In this document: piece after piece, positions 63,015 through 64,000 of the stretch | Layout: every line of letters begins with the position of its first letter | Position numbering within the stretch: the stretch's first letter is position 1 | Virus record (IMG/VR): IMGVR_UViG_3300023073_000003 | Span: 4,944-68,943 of that record | Length of the DNA: 64,000 bases | Source: a virus | Taxonomy: Duplodnaviria > Caudoviricetes | Direction: 5' to 3' (one strand) | Position numbers and translations under genes: made by a program | The notes under the pieces: model-generated | What the model was told of the DNA's origin: nothing | Databases searched by the model: none | What the model saw: only the letters and a program-made list of their open reading frames with translations

Positions 63015-63632
63015 ATGACTAGCTACCATGAGTATGAAGGCAAGCTCCTTACCCTGCGGCAGATATCGGCGGCCACGGGCTTGCCTTACTCCACCCTGTG
63101 GGGGCGCGCGCGCAACGGGCAGCCGCTGACCGAGAAACCGTACAACCACGGCGTTGCCGATGCTAACCGCCGGCGCACCAAGCACGGCGCGACGGTCGAC
63201 GCGCGCCAAGGGAAATCCGACCGTCTCTATAGCGTGTGGTGCGTGATGAAGGATCGGTGCAGCAACCCGAACAACGTCGCGTATCACCGCTATGGTGGGC
63301 GCGGGATCAAGGTCTGCGACGAATGGGTCAACGACTTCGCGGCGTTTCGTGCTGCAGTCGGGACGTGCCCTGCGAAAGGTATGACCTTGGATCGCATCGA
63401 CAATGACGAAGACTACGCGCCCGGCAACATGCGCTGGGCCACGCGCAAGGAGCAGGCGAACAACCGATATACCAACGTGCGTATCACGTACAACGGTATG
63501 ACCAAGACCCTCGCCGAGTGGGCCGAGCATTTCGGCTGGGCCTATTCGGTGTTGGGCAACCGCTGGAAGAACGGCGAGCGCGAGATCGCCCGCCTGATGC
63601 GGCCCCCGTTTTCGCGGGCTGAGAACTACTGA
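63015..63632 (+). CDS. HNH homing endonuclease (paralog of 61394..61882)
   Basis: LYSVWCVMKDRCSNP...YGGRGIKVCDEW...TLDRIDNDEDYAPGNMRWATRKEQANN; start at ATG 63015. Confidence 0.9.
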   Translation: MTSYHEYEGKLLTLRQISAATGLPYSTLWGRARNGQPLTEKPYNHGVADANRRRTKHGATVDARQGKSDRLYSVWCVMKDRCSNPNNVAYHRYGGRGIKVCDEWVNDFAAFRAAVGTCPAKGMTLDRIDNDEDYAPGNMRWATRKEQANNRYTNVRITYNGMTKTLAEWAEHFGWAYSVLGNRWKNGEREIARLMRPPFSRAENY

Positions 63633-63639
63633 TCTTCAA

Positions 63640-63659
63640 GCGGGGGCGAAAGCCCCCGC
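63640..63659 (+). terminator. GAAA-tetraloop hairpin (terminator or processing site)
   Basis: GCGGGGGC-GAAA-GCCCCCGC, no U-tract. Confidence 0.45.
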
Positions 63660-63682
63660 CCAACCTTACGAAAAGGTAAGGC

Positions 63683-63907
63683 ATGCAACCCGGAACCTTA
63701 ATCCGCGTCAAGCGCGCCGCGCTGCGCGACGAGCATTGCATCGACGACGGCCCCCTGTGGGTCACCTGCGCCGTGCCTGACGATGAGCATGCGCGCAAGC
63801 AGACGCAGCCGACCGACGTCTGGGCCAAGGCGCTGGCCACCGGCGCGGTGCACCGCTGGTACGAGCACGAGATACAGGTGGAGGCGGTATGCGAGCCGGC
63901 ACCCTGA
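63683..63907 (+). CDS. small SH3/KOW-like protein (distant relative of the 11.06-11.8 kb array)
   Basis: MQPGTLIRV...AKALATGAVH motif. Confidence 0.6.
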   Translation: MQPGTLIRVKRAALRDEHCIDDGPLWVTCAVPDDEHARKQTQPTDVWAKALATGAVHRWYEHEIQVEAVCEPAP

Positions 63908-64000
63908 TCCGCATCGTCACTCCCGAGGGCAAATCGGCATACGCCTGCACCGAGACGGACGGCACGCTGTGGGTTGTCGAGCGCAATGCGTCAGGCGGTA
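63889..64000 (+). CDS. 5' part of another SH3/KOW-like paralog
   Basis: MRAGTLIRIV...TLWVV; runs off the window end; GGAGG RBS. Confidence 0.55.
   Translation, partial: MRAGTLIRIVTPEGKSAYACTETDGTLWVVERNASGG

Larger units (their letters stand above)
1776..63680. repeat. dispersed palindromic motif CTTAC-N(4-6)-GTAAG, 22 perfect copies
   Basis: N5 at 1776, 4013, 7992, 13205, 16426, 24106, 32257, 37734, 37800, 41101, 53291, 55474, 56932, 58336, 59681; N4 at 12089, 33346, 57045, 57882, 58072, 61299; N6 at 63665. Confidence 0.9.

Noticed and set aside
61875-63632. Group I intron splitting the AAA gene around the HNH
   Set aside because: The AAA ORF appears to end naturally, and no downstream exon or intron core elements were recognised.

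Overview
The window is almost certainly most of a tailed dsDNA bacteriophage genome: high GC by eye, densely coding and apparently circularly permuted. It has two arms diverging from a control/origin region at about 55.3-57.5 kb. The + arm (55.7-64.0 kb, apparently continuing at 1-19.0 kb) holds early and replication genes: RHH, AlpA and XRE regulators, a MoxR-like AAA ATPase, a DUF3150-like protein, VRR-NUC, a family A DNA polymerase, a Cas4-like exonuclease, an SNF2 helicase, a probable SSB and a primase-helicase. The - arm (53.5 down to 19.1 kb) is a podovirus/P22-like morphogenesis module: TerS, TerL, portal, GroES-like co-chaperonin, scaffold, major capsid, head-tail connectors, tail fibre and several ejection proteins ending in a 2496-aa polyvalent-type protein. 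A small - strand accessory cassette at 53.55-54.63 kb carries tRNA-Arg(CCT), a 48-aa hyper-acidic peptide and a secreted PEPxxWA-CTERM protein, which points to an alphaproteobacterial host (Sphingomonadales/Caulobacterales). Seven HNH-type genes are scattered through the window. I recognised no integrase, endolysin, reverse transcriptase or CRISPR array. The most striking unexplained signal is a dispersed palindrome, CTTAC-N(4-6)-GTAAG, found 22 times by manual reading, including inside genes where it imposes rare codons. Other notable items are two arrays of tiny paralogous genes, an 11-residue-periodic Gln-rich ejection protein, and a recurring [YFM]-A-x-G-G motif in head/core proteins. All family assignments come from motif recognition by eye; no database search was run.
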